A stretch of DNA of 38,828 bases from Propionibacteriales bacterium (lineage in GTDB: Bacteria; Actinomycetota; Actinomycetes; Propionibacteriales; Nocardioidaceae): NCBI GenBank assembly GCA_038200025.1, contig JBBPYJ010000197.1, positions 1-38,828 on the forward strand. Direction: 5' to 3'. Below are positions 17,164-29,070 of the stretch, piece after piece. The translations under genes and the position numbers were made by a program. The notes under the pieces were generated by a model. It was not told the origin of the DNA. It made no database searches and saw only the letters and a program-made list of their open reading frames with translations. How positions within the stretch are numbered: position 1 is the stretch's first letter; every line of letters begins with the position of its first letter.

Positions 17164-18678
17164 ATGACCGGGATCGACCCCACCTTCACCTGCCTTCCGT
17201 ACGCCGCTCTCGGCGACATCGCCCTCGACCGCGCCGGCGCGCTGGGAGCCTCTCACGCCGACTTCCGGTTCGAGCGCCTGCAATATCAGCACCTCGGGGT
17301 CCGGGACGGAGTCTTGCAGGGTGCCGCGGACGTCGAGGATCTCGGATTCGCGGTCCGGGTCCTCTACGGGGGCTCGTGGGGCTTCTCCGCCGGGGTGGTG
17401 CTGACCGAGGCCGAAGCGGTGCGACTGGCCGAGTCCGCGGTCGCGGTGGCCAAGGTTGCCGCAGCGATGACCCCGACACCGGTGCAGCTGGCCCCCGAGC
17501 CGGTCCACGCCGACGCGACCTGGGTGTCGGCGTACGACCTCGACCCCTTCACGGTGCCGACAGCCGACAAGGCAGAGCTGCTGATCGACTGGACCAACCG
17601 GCTGCGCCGCCACAATGTCGTCGAGCATGCGACGGCGGGGTTGCAGCAGGTCAAGGAGAACAAGTACTACGCCGACCTCACCGGCACCCGAACCACCCAG
17701 CAGCGGATTCGGTTGATGCCGACCATGGAGGCGATGGGCACCGACTCCGACACCGGAGTCTTCGACTCGATGGCGTCGATCGCCCCACCCGTTGGTCGTG
17801 GGTTCGAATACCTCACCGGCAACCACTGGGACTGGAACGCCGAGCTCAGCGAGATCCCCGAGCTGCTGGCCGAGAAGCTCAAGGCACCGACGGTGAGCCC
17901 CGGCCACTGCGACCTGGTCGTGGATCCCTCGAACCTGTGGCTGACCATCCACGAATCCATCGGACACGCCACCGAGCTGGACCGGGTGCTCGGCTACGAG
18001 GCCAACTACGCCGGCACCTCGTTCGCCACCTACGACCAGCTCGGGTCGCTTCACTACGGCTCGCCGATCATGCAGGTCACCGGCGACCGCACCATCGCGC
18101 ACGGGCTGGCTACCACGGGGTACGACGACGAGGGCGTCGCGACCCAGTCCTGGGACCTGATCCGGGACGGGATCCTGGTCGGCTACCAGCTCGACCGGCA
18201 GATGGGGCTGATGCACCCCGAACTCAATGACGGCCGCTCCAACGGCTGTGCCTACGCCGACTCCCCCGGCCATCTCCCGATCCAGCGGATGGCCAACGTG
18301 TCCCTGCAGGCCGCACCCGACGGACCCGACACCGACGAGCTGATCGCCGGCGTGGAGCGCGGGCTCTACGTCGTGGGCGACAAGTCTTGGTCGATCGACA
18401 TGCAGCGTTTCAACTTCCAGTTCACCGGCCAGCGGTTCTTCAAGATCGAGGGCGGACGGCTCGCCGGTCAGGTCCGCGACGCGGCGTACCAGGCCACCAC
18501 GACCGACTTCTGGGGGTCGATGGATGCGGTGGGCGGACCGCAGACCTGGGTGCTGGGCGGGGCATTCAACTGCGGCAAGGCCCAACCGGGCCAGGTGGCG
18601 GCGGTCAGCCACGGGTGCCCGTCGGCCCGCTTCCGCGACGTCACCATCTTGAACACCCGCGACGAGGCAGGACACTGA
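17164..18678 (+). CDS. tldD: TldD/PmbA family metalloprotease, catalytic TldD-type subunit
   Basis: IHESIGHATELD (HExxxH), GYDDEG, QRMAN and FNCGKAQPGQ. Confidence 0.92.
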   Translation: MTGIDPTFTCLPYAALGDIALDRAGALGASHADFRFERLQYQHLGVRDGVLQGAADVEDLGFAVRVLYGGSWGFSAGVVLTEAEAVRLAESAVAVAKVAAAMTPTPVQLAPEPVHADATWVSAYDLDPFTVPTADKAELLIDWTNRLRRHNVVEHATAGLQQVKENKYYADLTGTRTTQQRIRLMPTMEAMGTDSDTGVFDSMASIAPPVGRGFEYLTGNHWDWNAELSEIPELLAEKLKAPTVSPGHCDLVVDPSNLWLTIHESIGHATELDRVLGYEANYAGTSFATYDQLGSLHYGSPIMQVTGDRTIAHGLATTGYDDEGVATQSWDLIRDGILVGYQLDRQMGLMHPELNDGRSNGCAYADSPGHLPIQRMANVSLQAAPDGPDTDELIAGVERGLYVVGDKSWSIDMQRFNFQFTGQRFFKIEGGRLAGQVRDAAYQATTTDFWGSMDAVGGPQTWVLGGAFNCGKAQPGQVAAVSHGCPSARFRDVTILNTRDEAGH

Positions 18679-18679
18679 G

Positions 18680-20083
18680 ATGACCACCACTCCCCAACAG
18701 CTCGTTGAGCACGCCCTGGCCGTCAGCCGCGCCGACGGCACCGTCGTGCTGGTGCACAACGGCACCCACGCCAACCTGCGCTGGGCCAACAACACCCTGA
18801 CCACCAACGGCGTGATGCACAGCATCGACGTCACCGTGGTCTCCTTCGTGCGCACCGACGGTGGGGTTGCCACCGGATCGGTCAGCGGCAGCGCCAGCTC
18901 GCTGGCCCAGGTGAGCGAATTGGTGATCGCAGCCGACAACGCGGCCCGGTCGGGCGCACCGGCCGAGGACGCGACCGACCTCGTCGCGGCGCGAGTGTCG
19001 GCGGACTGGGACGCCGCGCCGCAGACGACCGACATCGGTGTCTACGCCGACGTCGCCCCGGGGCTGGGCGAGGCGTTCGCCCGCGCCGAGGCCGGCGACC
19101 GGGTCCTCTACGGCTTCGTCAACCACGGCGTCACCACGACTTATCTCGGGTCCAGCACGGGTCTGCGGTTGCGGCACGTGCAGCCGACCGGCCACTACGG
19201 GTGCACGGGCAAGACCGCAGACCGACGGCGCAGTGCCTGGGTCGGTGGAGCCACCCGTGACTTCGTCGGGGTCGACCCGCTGGAGTTCGACGTCACGCTG
19301 GAGCGACGACTCGGTTGGGGGCGCCGCGAGGTGGACCTGCCCGCCGGGCGCTACGACACGATCATGTCGCCCTCGGCGGTCGCCGACGTGATGATCGACG
19401 CCTATTGGTACGCCGGCGCCCGCACCGCCCTGGACGGGCAGTCGGTCTACAGCCGACGCGGTGGGACCCGTCTCGGCGAGCAGATCGTCGACCCGAGGGT
19501 GACGCTGCGCTCGGAACCGACGTACCCCGGGCTGGAGTGCGCACCGTTCGTCACCGCTGCCGCCTCCGGCGATGACGAGTCGGTGTTCGACAACGGCCTG
19601 GCCCTGGGCCCGACCGACTGGATCCGGGACGGGCGGCTGGAGGCGCTGCTGCAGACCCGGCACTCCGCGACCCTGACCACACGGTCGGGACAGTCGGGCC
19701 AACCCGTCACCCCAGCCATCGACAACCTGGTGCTCGAGGTCGCCGACGGCGCCGGCTCGATCGGGGACCTGGTGGCGGGCACTGAGCGAGGGTTGCTGCT
19801 GACCTGCTTGTGGTATATCCGTGAAGTCGACCCGCAAAGCCTGCTGCTCACCGGCCTGACCCGAGATGGGGTCTACCTGATTGAGGACGGCCAGATCACC
19901 GGCGAGATCAACAACTTCCGCTTCAACGAGAGCCCGATCGACCTGCTGAAGCGATTCACCCATGCCTCAGCGACCGAGCCCAGCTTCAGCCGCGAGTGGG
20001 GCGACGACTACTTCTCCCGCACCGCCACCCCGGCCCTACGCATCCCAGACTTCAACATGTCCAGCGTCAGCCAGGCCCGCTGA
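18680..20083 (+). CDS. TldE/PmbA-like partner subunit
   Basis: NLRWANN, WYIREVDPQSLLLTGLTRDG and NNFRFNESP; no HExxxH; adjacent to tldD. Confidence 0.88.
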   Translation: MTTTPQQLVEHALAVSRADGTVVLVHNGTHANLRWANNTLTTNGVMHSIDVTVVSFVRTDGGVATGSVSGSASSLAQVSELVIAADNAARSGAPAEDATDLVAARVSADWDAAPQTTDIGVYADVAPGLGEAFARAEAGDRVLYGFVNHGVTTTYLGSSTGLRLRHVQPTGHYGCTGKTADRRRSAWVGGATRDFVGVDPLEFDVTLERRLGWGRREVDLPAGRYDTIMSPSAVADVMIDAYWYAGARTALDGQSVYSRRGGTRLGEQIVDPRVTLRSEPTYPGLECAPFVTAAASGDDESVFDNGLALGPTDWIRDGRLEALLQTRHSATLTTRSGQSGQPVTPAIDNLVLEVADGAGSIGDLVAGTERGLLLTCLWYIREVDPQSLLLTGLTRDGVYLIEDGQITGEINNFRFNESPIDLLKRFTHASATEPSFSREWGDDYFSRTATPALRIPDFNMSSVSQAR

Positions 20084-20097
20084 CCGACGTACGGCTC

Positions 20098-20204
20098 GGT
20101 TCGACTCGAACCGGCCCGCCTGACAGGCAATTCGTGTACTTGTCAGGCATCGCAATGCCTGACAAGTGCGTAATTCCCCGGTCGGCCGGTCGGCCGGGGA
20201 ATTA
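20098..20204. repeat. Cluster of palindromes (REP-like or bidirectional terminator)
   Basis: GGTTCGA-C-TCGAACC (20098-20112); ACTTGTCAGGCAT-cgca-ATGCCTGACAAGT (13-bp stem, 20138-20167); TAATTCCCCGG...CCGGGGAATTA (20171-20204). Lies between the convergent tldE-like gene and gcvP. Confidence 0.7.
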
Positions 20205-20227
20205 GTCAGCGGTCCAGGAGCGGCGAA

Positions 20228-23137
<2,910 letters not shown>

Positions 23138-23173
23138 GGAAAGGCGCTCCTCGAATGGGGTCGTCAAGATCGC

Positions 23174-23333
23174 CTCCCCCTCTGTCACCGCTCACGGCCT
23201 TCGCCGCCGACGGCTCCACAGGTGCCTGACCCGCGCAGTCCGTGCGCCTGAGAGGTTCCGGGGAGGATTTGCCCCTTCGGCGCTCCGAGCCCTCTCAGCG
23301 AGAAACTCAGAGACTCTCCCACGCGGGATCATC
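23174..23333 (-). ncRNA. Glycine riboswitch (one full aptamer plus a reduced second stem)
   Basis: The minus strand reads GGGAGAG...CGCCGAAGGGGCAAATCCTCCCCGGAACCTCTCAGG...GACAGAGGGGGAG in the gcvP leader. Confidence 0.9.
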
Positions 23334-23429
23334 AGCAGTGCCGAATCTACCACTCGGGGTGCCAAGAGGCCGGGTTCCTGAGAGTCAGGACGGGGCCGGG
23401 AGCACTTGGGAAGCTTGGTGCAGCAGTGC

Positions 23430-24026
23430 TCAGCTGATCTTGCGAGCCCGCCGAGCGGACAGTTCGTCGGCGGCACTGGGCTGCTGGCCGACCTCTTCGG
23501 TGGTGCGCTCGGAAGGCAGGTCGGCCAGCGTTCCCTCGATCTCGCGCCAAACTCCGCCGATCGCGATGCCGAAGACGCCCTGTCCTCCCTGGAGCAGGTC
23601 GATCACCTCGTCGTTGCTGGTGCACTCATAGACCGAGGCGCCGTCGCTCATCAAGGTCACCCGGGTCAGGTCGTCGGTGCCGCGCTCGCGCAGGAACTGC
23701 ACTGCGGATCTGATCTGCTGCAACGAGATGCCGGCGTCGAGCAGGCGCTTGATGACCTTGAGGATCAAGATGTCGCGGAACGAGTAGAGCCGTTGGGACC
23801 CCGAGCCCTTGGCACCCCGCACGGTGGGTTCGACCAATCCGGTGCGGGCCCAGTAGTCCAGTTGCCGGTAGGTGATCCCGGCGGCGCTGCAGGCCGTCGG
23901 CCCGCGGTAGCCGGTGTCGTCGGACAACGGCGACAAGTTGTCGGTGAATAGCAAGCCCTGTTCGTCGGCCCGCTCAACAGCGATGGCGGCATCCGCATCT
24001 GTTCGCTGCTTGCTGTTCTCGTCCAC
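23430..24026 (-). CDS. MerR-family regulator (Rv1830/McdR-like)
   Basis: GYRGPTACSAAGITYRQLDYWARTGLVEP..GSGSQRLYSFRDIL; GGAGG precedes the GTG at 24026. Confidence 0.93.
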   Translation of the reverse strand: MDENSKQRTDADAAIAVERADEQGLLFTDNLSPLSDDTGYRGPTACSAAGITYRQLDYWARTGLVEPTVRGAKGSGSQRLYSFRDILILKVIKRLLDAGISLQQIRSAVQFLRERGTDDLTRVTLMSDGASVYECTSNDEVIDLLQGGQGVFGIAIGGVWREIEGTLADLPSERTTEEVGQQPSAADELSARRARKIS

Positions 24027-24210
24027 GTCGACCTCCGTCGAGATTTGCTCCAGCATTGCGCAACCCCCAGGAAGCCGCTCATCGGTCACATCGTGCAACC
24101 GACAACGGTGGAGTTACACCGAAGACACTTCAAGGTAGGGCTCCGGCCGGGGCTGGTCAACGTGTCGAGCGGCGTGTCGTAACTCTCATCCTCAACCTGA
24201 GACTTAGACT

Positions 24211-24678
24211 TCAGCCTTCTTCGAAGTCTTGTGCTGACACCTGGTCGAGGAACTCGCGGAACCGCTCGACCTCATCCTCTTGCTCAGCCGGAGCATCGAG
24301 ACCGGCCTCGTCCAGGACCGCCTCGGCACAAACGATGCGGGTGCCGGTGCGCAGCGCCAGCGCGATGGAATCCGATGGCCGGGCACTGACCTCAGCACCC
24401 GAGCCGAAGACCAGCAGCGCGAAGAACACGCCCTTGTCGACCTCGGTAATCCGCACCTCGGTGAGCTCGTTGCCCGTTGCCTCGAGCACGTCCTTCATCA
24501 GATCGTGGGTCAGTGGACGCGGCGGGACTACGCCCTGCTGGGCGAAGGCGATCGCCGTCGCCTCCACCGCACCGATCCAGATCGGCAGGTATCGCTCGCC
24601 GCCGACCTCGCGCAGCAGCACAATGGGCTGGTTCGAGGGCATCTCGACCCGGACTCCGATGACGTCAACTTCTCGCAC
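24211..24678 (-). CDS. Bifunctional nuclease domain protein (DUF151, Rv1829-like)
   Basis: LPIWIGAVEA, RPLTHDL and SARPSDSIALA; conserved synteny. Confidence 0.93.
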   Translation of the reverse strand: MREVDVIGVRVEMPSNQPIVLLREVGGERYLPIWIGAVEATAIAFAQQGVVPPRPLTHDLMKDVLEATGNELTEVRITEVDKGVFFALLVFGSGAEVSARPSDSIALALRTGTRIVCAEAVLDEAGLDAPAEQEDEVERFREFLDQVSAQDFEEG

Positions 24679-24720
24679 GCCATCACCCTACCCCCGGGCC
24701 CGAGCATGATGGCGAGCTCT

Positions 24721-25491
24721 TCAGCGACTGCTCAGACCGGCCTTGACCAGGGTGGCGTGCAACCGGACCGACAGCGCCGCGATCTCGCTGATCGCGTCGT
24801 CAGCGCGACCACTCGCTGAGGCGTCGCGACCGCGTTTCAACGGCGCGACCACCTGCTCGACCAGACCCACCTCACGGTCCGCGGCAGTTTTGAAGGCGCG
24901 CAGGTGGCGCGGCCCGAAGCCGAAGTCGGCGAGCTCGCGCGCCGTGGTGGCGATCACCAGCGCGTCGGCGTCGAAGTGACCGGTTCCAGCCTTGGCACTG
25001 ATCAATCCGAACTGCTCGAGCTCATCGAGCAGCGCCACGCTGATGTCGGCGATCTTGAGCAGCTCACGCCGCGAGATTCGTACGTCGCTGCGCGCGGCGA
25101 AAGAGGCCGCGCTCGGCAATCCGTCGGCGGCCAGCGCGACAGTAGGAACGGTGGGCACCACCGATTCGATCGGAGGCGGCTCGAGACCGCGGTCGATGGC
25201 GTCGAGGTGCTCACCGATCACCTTCAACGGCAGATAGTGATCTCGCTGCATCCGCAGCACGTAGCGCAGCCGATCAACTTCATCAGCGGAGAACTTGCGA
25301 TACCCGGCCGCGGTGCGCTCGGGCTTGATCAGACCCTTGTCCTCGAGGAACCGGATCTTGGGGATGGAGATGCCGCCGTACTCCGGGCGCAACTGGTCGA
25401 GCACCTGACCGATGCTGAACCGAGCCCGTCGCGACGCGGCTGCTGAGGCTGTGGAGCTCGGGGACGAAGAAGGGTCCGAGGCTGCGAGCAT
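24721..25491 (-). CDS. ftsR: MerR-family regulator FtsR (Rv1828-like)
   Basis: SIGQVLDQL..ISIPKIRFLE..PERTAAGYRKF, QRDHYLPLKVI and RHLRAFKTAADRE; located downstream of garA. Start uncertain. Confidence 0.88.
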   Translation of the reverse strand: MLAASDPSSSPSSTASAAASRRARFSIGQVLDQLRPEYGGISIPKIRFLEDKGLIKPERTAAGYRKFSADEVDRLRYVLRMQRDHYLPLKVIGEHLDAIDRGLEPPPIESVVPTVPTVALAADGLPSAASFAARSDVRISRRELLKIADISVALLDELEQFGLISAKAGTGHFDADALVIATTARELADFGFGPRHLRAFKTAADREVGLVEQVVAPLKRGRDASASGRADDAISEIAALSVRLHATLVKAGLSSR

Positions 25492-25494
25492 CGC

Positions 25495-26019
25495 CTACTG
25501 CCCGGGCCCGGAGAAGAACACCAGGCGATACTTGCCGATCTGCACTTCGTCGCCGTCGCGCAGGTCGACACTGTCGATGCGATCGCGGTTGACGTAGGTG
25601 CCGTTGAGGCTGCCCGCGTCGCGCACCGAGAAGGACGGCCCCTGACGGTGGAACTCCGCGTGCCGACGCGACACCGTCACGTCATCGAGGAAGATCTCGC
25701 TCTCGGGATGCCGACCGGCGGCCACCATGTCGAGATCGAGCAGGAAACGGCTGCCGGCACCTGGACCCCTCTGCACGACCAACAGGGCGTGACCGGTCGG
25801 CAGCGCATCGACCGCAGCGGCATCGACGGGCGTCAGGGCCGTTCCGGAGGACTCCGCCTTGGATTCGTGGCTGCCGAAGGTAATGGTCGCGGTGCTCTCG
25901 GCCGGCGATTCACCCCCGCCGGCACCTGGGGCGACAGGGACGACCAGGCGGGTCCCGCACTGGGCGCAGAACCGGGCTTCGTCGGGGTTGGCGTTCCCGC
26001 AGGCGGTGCAAAACGGCAT
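25495..26019 (-). CDS. garA: FHA-domain protein GarA/OdhI with N-terminal zinc ribbon
   Basis: CTACG...CAQCG, ESTAT phosphosite-like stretch, GRHPESEIFLDDVTVSRRHAEF and GSLNGTYVN. Confidence 0.9.
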   Translation of the reverse strand: MPFCTACGNANPDEARFCAQCGTRLVVPVAPGAGGGESPAESTATITFGSHESKAESSGTALTPVDAAAVDALPTGHALLVVQRGPGAGSRFLLDLDMVAAGRHPESEIFLDDVTVSRRHAEFHRQGPSFSVRDAGSLNGTYVNRDRIDSVDLRDGDEVQIGKYRLVFFSGPGQ

Positions 26020-26080
26020 GGTGGGAACCTATCAAAGCCGACGTCGACCCCGACAGTTCAGCAGCCAGTTCTGCGGGCGG

Positions 26081-26467
26081 TCAGCTCTCGAGCGTCGCGG
26101 TGTAGGTCGCGGCATCCATCAGCGACGACAGCGCGCTGGGGTCGGAGGCGGCGATCTCGAACAACCAACCGCCGCCGTAGGGGTCGGTGTTCACCAGCTC
26201 CGGGGTGTTGGTGAGCGCGTCGTTGACCGCGGTCACCGAGCCGCTGATCGGTGCGTAGATATCGCTGACCGACTTCGTGGACTCCAACTCGCCGCAGGTG
26301 GTGCCTTCGGTGACGTCCTCGCCAACCTCGGGAAGGGACACATAGACGATGTCGCCGAGGGCATCCTGAGCGAATTCGGTGATGCCGACTCGAACCGAGT
26401 CCGACTCCGCGTCGGGAGCTTTGACCCACTCGTGCTCGCCGGTGTACTTCAAGTCGTCGGGATACAC
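26081..26467 (-). CDS. gcvH: Glycine cleavage system H protein
   Basis: HEWV, GITEFAQDALGDIVYV, lipoyl-Lys in ESTKSVSD, and NTDPYGGGW. Confidence 0.97.
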   Translation of the reverse strand: MYPDDLKYTGEHEWVKAPDAESDSVRVGITEFAQDALGDIVYVSLPEVGEDVTEGTTCGELESTKSVSDIYAPISGSVTAVNDALTNTPELVNTDPYGGGWLFEIAASDPSALSSLMDAATYTATLES

Positions 26468-26548
26468 GTGCTTCCTCCTGCGTCACTTCGGATGGTGCTC
26501 AGCAGGCTACTGCCTGCCGACTTTCCGGTGCCCAGGTGGGCCGGGGCT

Positions 26549-27271
26549 TCAGCTGTCGGGACCACGCACGGCGTTGATGTTCAACGAGGAGAACTCGTCG
26601 ATGACGACCGTGGCGCCGTCGTCTGCGAGTTGATCCACGGGGCCGCGCAGGAAGACCATGGCACTGCGCAGCGTCGACGGGTCGCCGATCACATCGAGGA
26701 CGTACGGCGGCTGGAGCAGCACGCCGTCCACCGCGATCCCGCCGATGCCGTCCTCGAAGGCGGTCTGCGCGATCACCCGCACCTGGCCGTTGATCGCGAT
26801 CGACTCGGCTCCGGCGTTGCGCAGCTCCTGGATCGTGTCGATCATCGACTCCAGGTCGGCCTCGCCCTCGGTCTCGGCGATCGTCACCCGGATGCCGGGG
26901 CCGGTCACCGGCACCAGCCCGGCCAGGATGTTGTAGGTGTCCAGCGACTGGCGGGCATCGGCGATCGCGGCCTCGCGACGGCCCGTCACCGATCGCAGTT
27001 CGCGACGGGTGTCGGTCAACCGCGCCAGTTCTCCCTCGGCTCGCTGGGAGGCGCCGGACAGGGCAGTCAAAACGTCGACCAGATCTTGCTCGCGGTAGCC
27101 GGCGTAGGTGTCGTCGAGCTCGTTGGCACGCACCTGGGTGACCGCGGAGAAGCCCACCGCGGCCAGGAGTGCGGCAACCACGAACTGGCCGCTCGAGGGC
27201 CTGATGAAGGCCTGCCACAACCGGGCCCTCCCCAACGCCGGTCGGCGGGACGGCTCAGGCGTGGAAGACAT
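26549..27271 (-). CDS. DUF881 family protein (Rv1825-like)
   Basis: TM helix plus coiled coil, GPGIRVTI, ELRNAGAESIAING and PPYVLDVIGD. Confidence 0.88.
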   Translation of the reverse strand: MSSTPEPSRRPALGRARLWQAFIRPSSGQFVVAALLAAVGFSAVTQVRANELDDTYAGYREQDLVDVLTALSGASQRAEGELARLTDTRRELRSVTGRREAAIADARQSLDTYNILAGLVPVTGPGIRVTIAETEGEADLESMIDTIQELRNAGAESIAINGQVRVIAQTAFEDGIGGIAVDGVLLQPPYVLDVIGDPSTLRSAMVFLRGPVDQLADDGATVVIDEFSSLNINAVRGPDS

Positions 27272-27587
27272 GACGTCGGATCGCGGCGACGTTGGAGAAG
27301 ATCCGGATGCCCAGCACGACGATGACACCGGTCGACAGCTGACCGCCCACGCCGAGCTTGTCGCCGAGGAAGACGATCGCTGCGGCGATCACGACGTTGC
27401 TCAGGAACGACACCACGAAGACCTTGTCGTCGAAGATCCCGTCCAGCAGGGCGCGCAGCCCGCCGAGCACGGCATCGAGGGCGGCCACCACGGCGATCGG
27501 CAGGTAGGGCACCAAGGAGGGTGGCACCTCCGGCTGCAGCCACAGGCCCAGCACGATTCCGACCACGAGGCCAAGCGCGGCAATCAT
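27255..27587 (-). CDS. Small basic protein family (Sbp/DUF1290, Rv1824-like)
   Basis: PYLPIAVVAALDAVLGGLRA..FDDKVFVVSFLSN..GIRIFSN. Confidence 0.92.
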   Translation of the reverse strand: MIAALGLVVGIVLGLWLQPEVPPSLVPYLPIAVVAALDAVLGGLRALLDGIFDDKVFVVSFLSNVVIAAAIVFLGDKLGVGGQLSTGVIVVLGIRIFSNVAAIRRHVFHA

Positions 27588-28471
27588 GGCACTCCTCCTT
27601 CTGTTGGCCCGTCAACTCGTGGGGCAGGCACGTCCCCGGTCTGCCCGATGGTCGCCGACCGCAACCGACGCGGGGTAGCCGCCGGCAACTGCAGTTGGTC
27701 GACATTCTGCCTGTCGAACCGGAAATCGAGCAGTCGGGCGAAGGTGGCGAAGCGCGCCCCACTCGCGGACTCCAGCAGATCGGCCTGCAGGGTGCGGGTG
27801 TCGCCGAGCGCTTCGAGGGTGTACGGCGGCATCAGCGGGCGCGAGTTGACGTTGATCACCGGTCCGCTGTTCTGGATGTAGGACAGCGCTGTCAGCCGCT
27901 GCCCGTTAATGGCAATCGCCTCTGCGCCCGCGCTCCACAGTCCGTTGACCAGCAGCGCCAGATCCTCGTCGCGGACGATCTCGGCCGTTGCACTCTCGGG
28001 TGCGTCGTCGACCACGATCCGGACGCCGGCGCCGCTGACCGGTCTGGCGCCGATGCCCTCGCCGATCCGGGCCAGCTGATCTTGCAGCTCGGTCAGTTCG
28101 GCGGACGCTTTGTCGAGGTCACCCTGGGCGCCGGCGGTCACTGCGGCCAACCGGGCCACCCGCTCCTGGCTGCCGCGCAGGTCCTCACGCTCGACCCCGA
28201 CCCGGGTGATCAGCGTGGCCCGGCTGCTCTGGCTGGCCACCGTCTGCTCAGAACTCTGAACTCCCGCAACCGCGAAGAGAGCCCCGACCAGCACCGTCAC
28301 CGCCAACCAGGACCACCAGGTGACGCCTCGCTGCTGGGCGATGCCCTGGGCGCGACGTTGCCTGGCCACGTGCGCGTAGTCCTCGTCCAGGGCCTGGACG
28401 GTGATCCGGGTCAGCAACGGCAGGGCGACCCGCTCGACGGTGTTGTAGTCGCGGTTCTGCCATTCAGTCAT
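27584..28471 (-). CDS. DUF881 family protein (Rv1823-like)
   Basis: VRDEDLALLVNGLWSAGAEAIAINGQRLT and PPYTLEALGD. Confidence 0.88.
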   Translation of the reverse strand: MTEWQNRDYNTVERVALPLLTRITVQALDEDYAHVARQRRAQGIAQQRGVTWWSWLAVTVLVGALFAVAGVQSSEQTVASQSSRATLITRVGVEREDLRGSQERVARLAAVTAGAQGDLDKASAELTELQDQLARIGEGIGARPVSGAGVRIVVDDAPESATAEIVRDEDLALLVNGLWSAGAEAIAINGQRLTALSYIQNSGPVINVNSRPLMPPYTLEALGDTRTLQADLLESASGARFATFARLLDFRFDRQNVDQLQLPAATPRRLRSATIGQTGDVPAPRVDGPTEGGVP

Positions 28472-29066
28472 GAGCAGGCTCGGCGCGGTGGTCCCGGTCC
28501 TGCAGTAGCCGGTAGACCTGGAAGGCGTACAGGATCCCGGCCCACCAGTAGAGCCCGATCCCCCAGACCGCGAACGCCCAGCCGAACACCTCGGCCAGGG
28601 TCGCCACTACCCCCGATCCCTCCCCCAGCAACAGCAGCGGGAAGGCGTAGAGCAGGTTGAAGGTCGCCGCCTTGCCCAGGAAGTGCACCGGCAGCGCGCT
28701 GTAGCCCCGGGTGCGCAGGAACGGCACGAGGCCCCACAGCAGCAGATCCCGCAGGGGCAGGATCACCGCGACCCACCACGGGATGATGTCGCGCAGCGCA
28801 AGGCCGACCACCACCGCAAGGATGTAGAGCCGGTCAGCGACCGGATCCAGGATCTCCCCCAGCCGGGAGTACTGCCCCAGACGACGAGCCAGGTAGCCGT
28901 CCAGCCAGTCCGTAACCCCCGACAGCATCAGCAGCAACAGCGCCCAACCGTCCGCTTCGGGGCCCAGGACCAGCCACAGGAACACCGGCACCCCGGCCAG
29001 CCGGACCAGGCTGATGACGTTGGGCAGTGTCCAGACGCGACTTTCCTGCGTGGGTGTCCGGGGCAC
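28464..29066 (-). CDS. CDP-alcohol phosphatidyltransferase (PgsA2-like)
   Basis: TLPNVIS and DWLDGYLARR..SRLGEILDPVADR (CDP-alcohol phosphotransferase motif). Confidence 0.94.
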   Translation of the reverse strand: MPRTPTQESRVWTLPNVISLVRLAGVPVFLWLVLGPEADGWALLLLMLSGVTDWLDGYLARRLGQYSRLGEILDPVADRLYILAVVVGLALRDIIPWWVAVILPLRDLLLWGLVPFLRTRGYSALPVHFLGKAATFNLLYAFPLLLLGEGSGVVATLAEVFGWAFAVWGIGLYWWAGILYAFQVYRLLQDRDHRAEPAHD

Positions 29067-29070
29067 TGGC

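Noticed and set aside
17164-20083. TldD/E as part of a RiPP cluster
   Set aside because: No precursor peptide, YcaO or other modifying enzyme nearby; this is the common actinobacterial pair.
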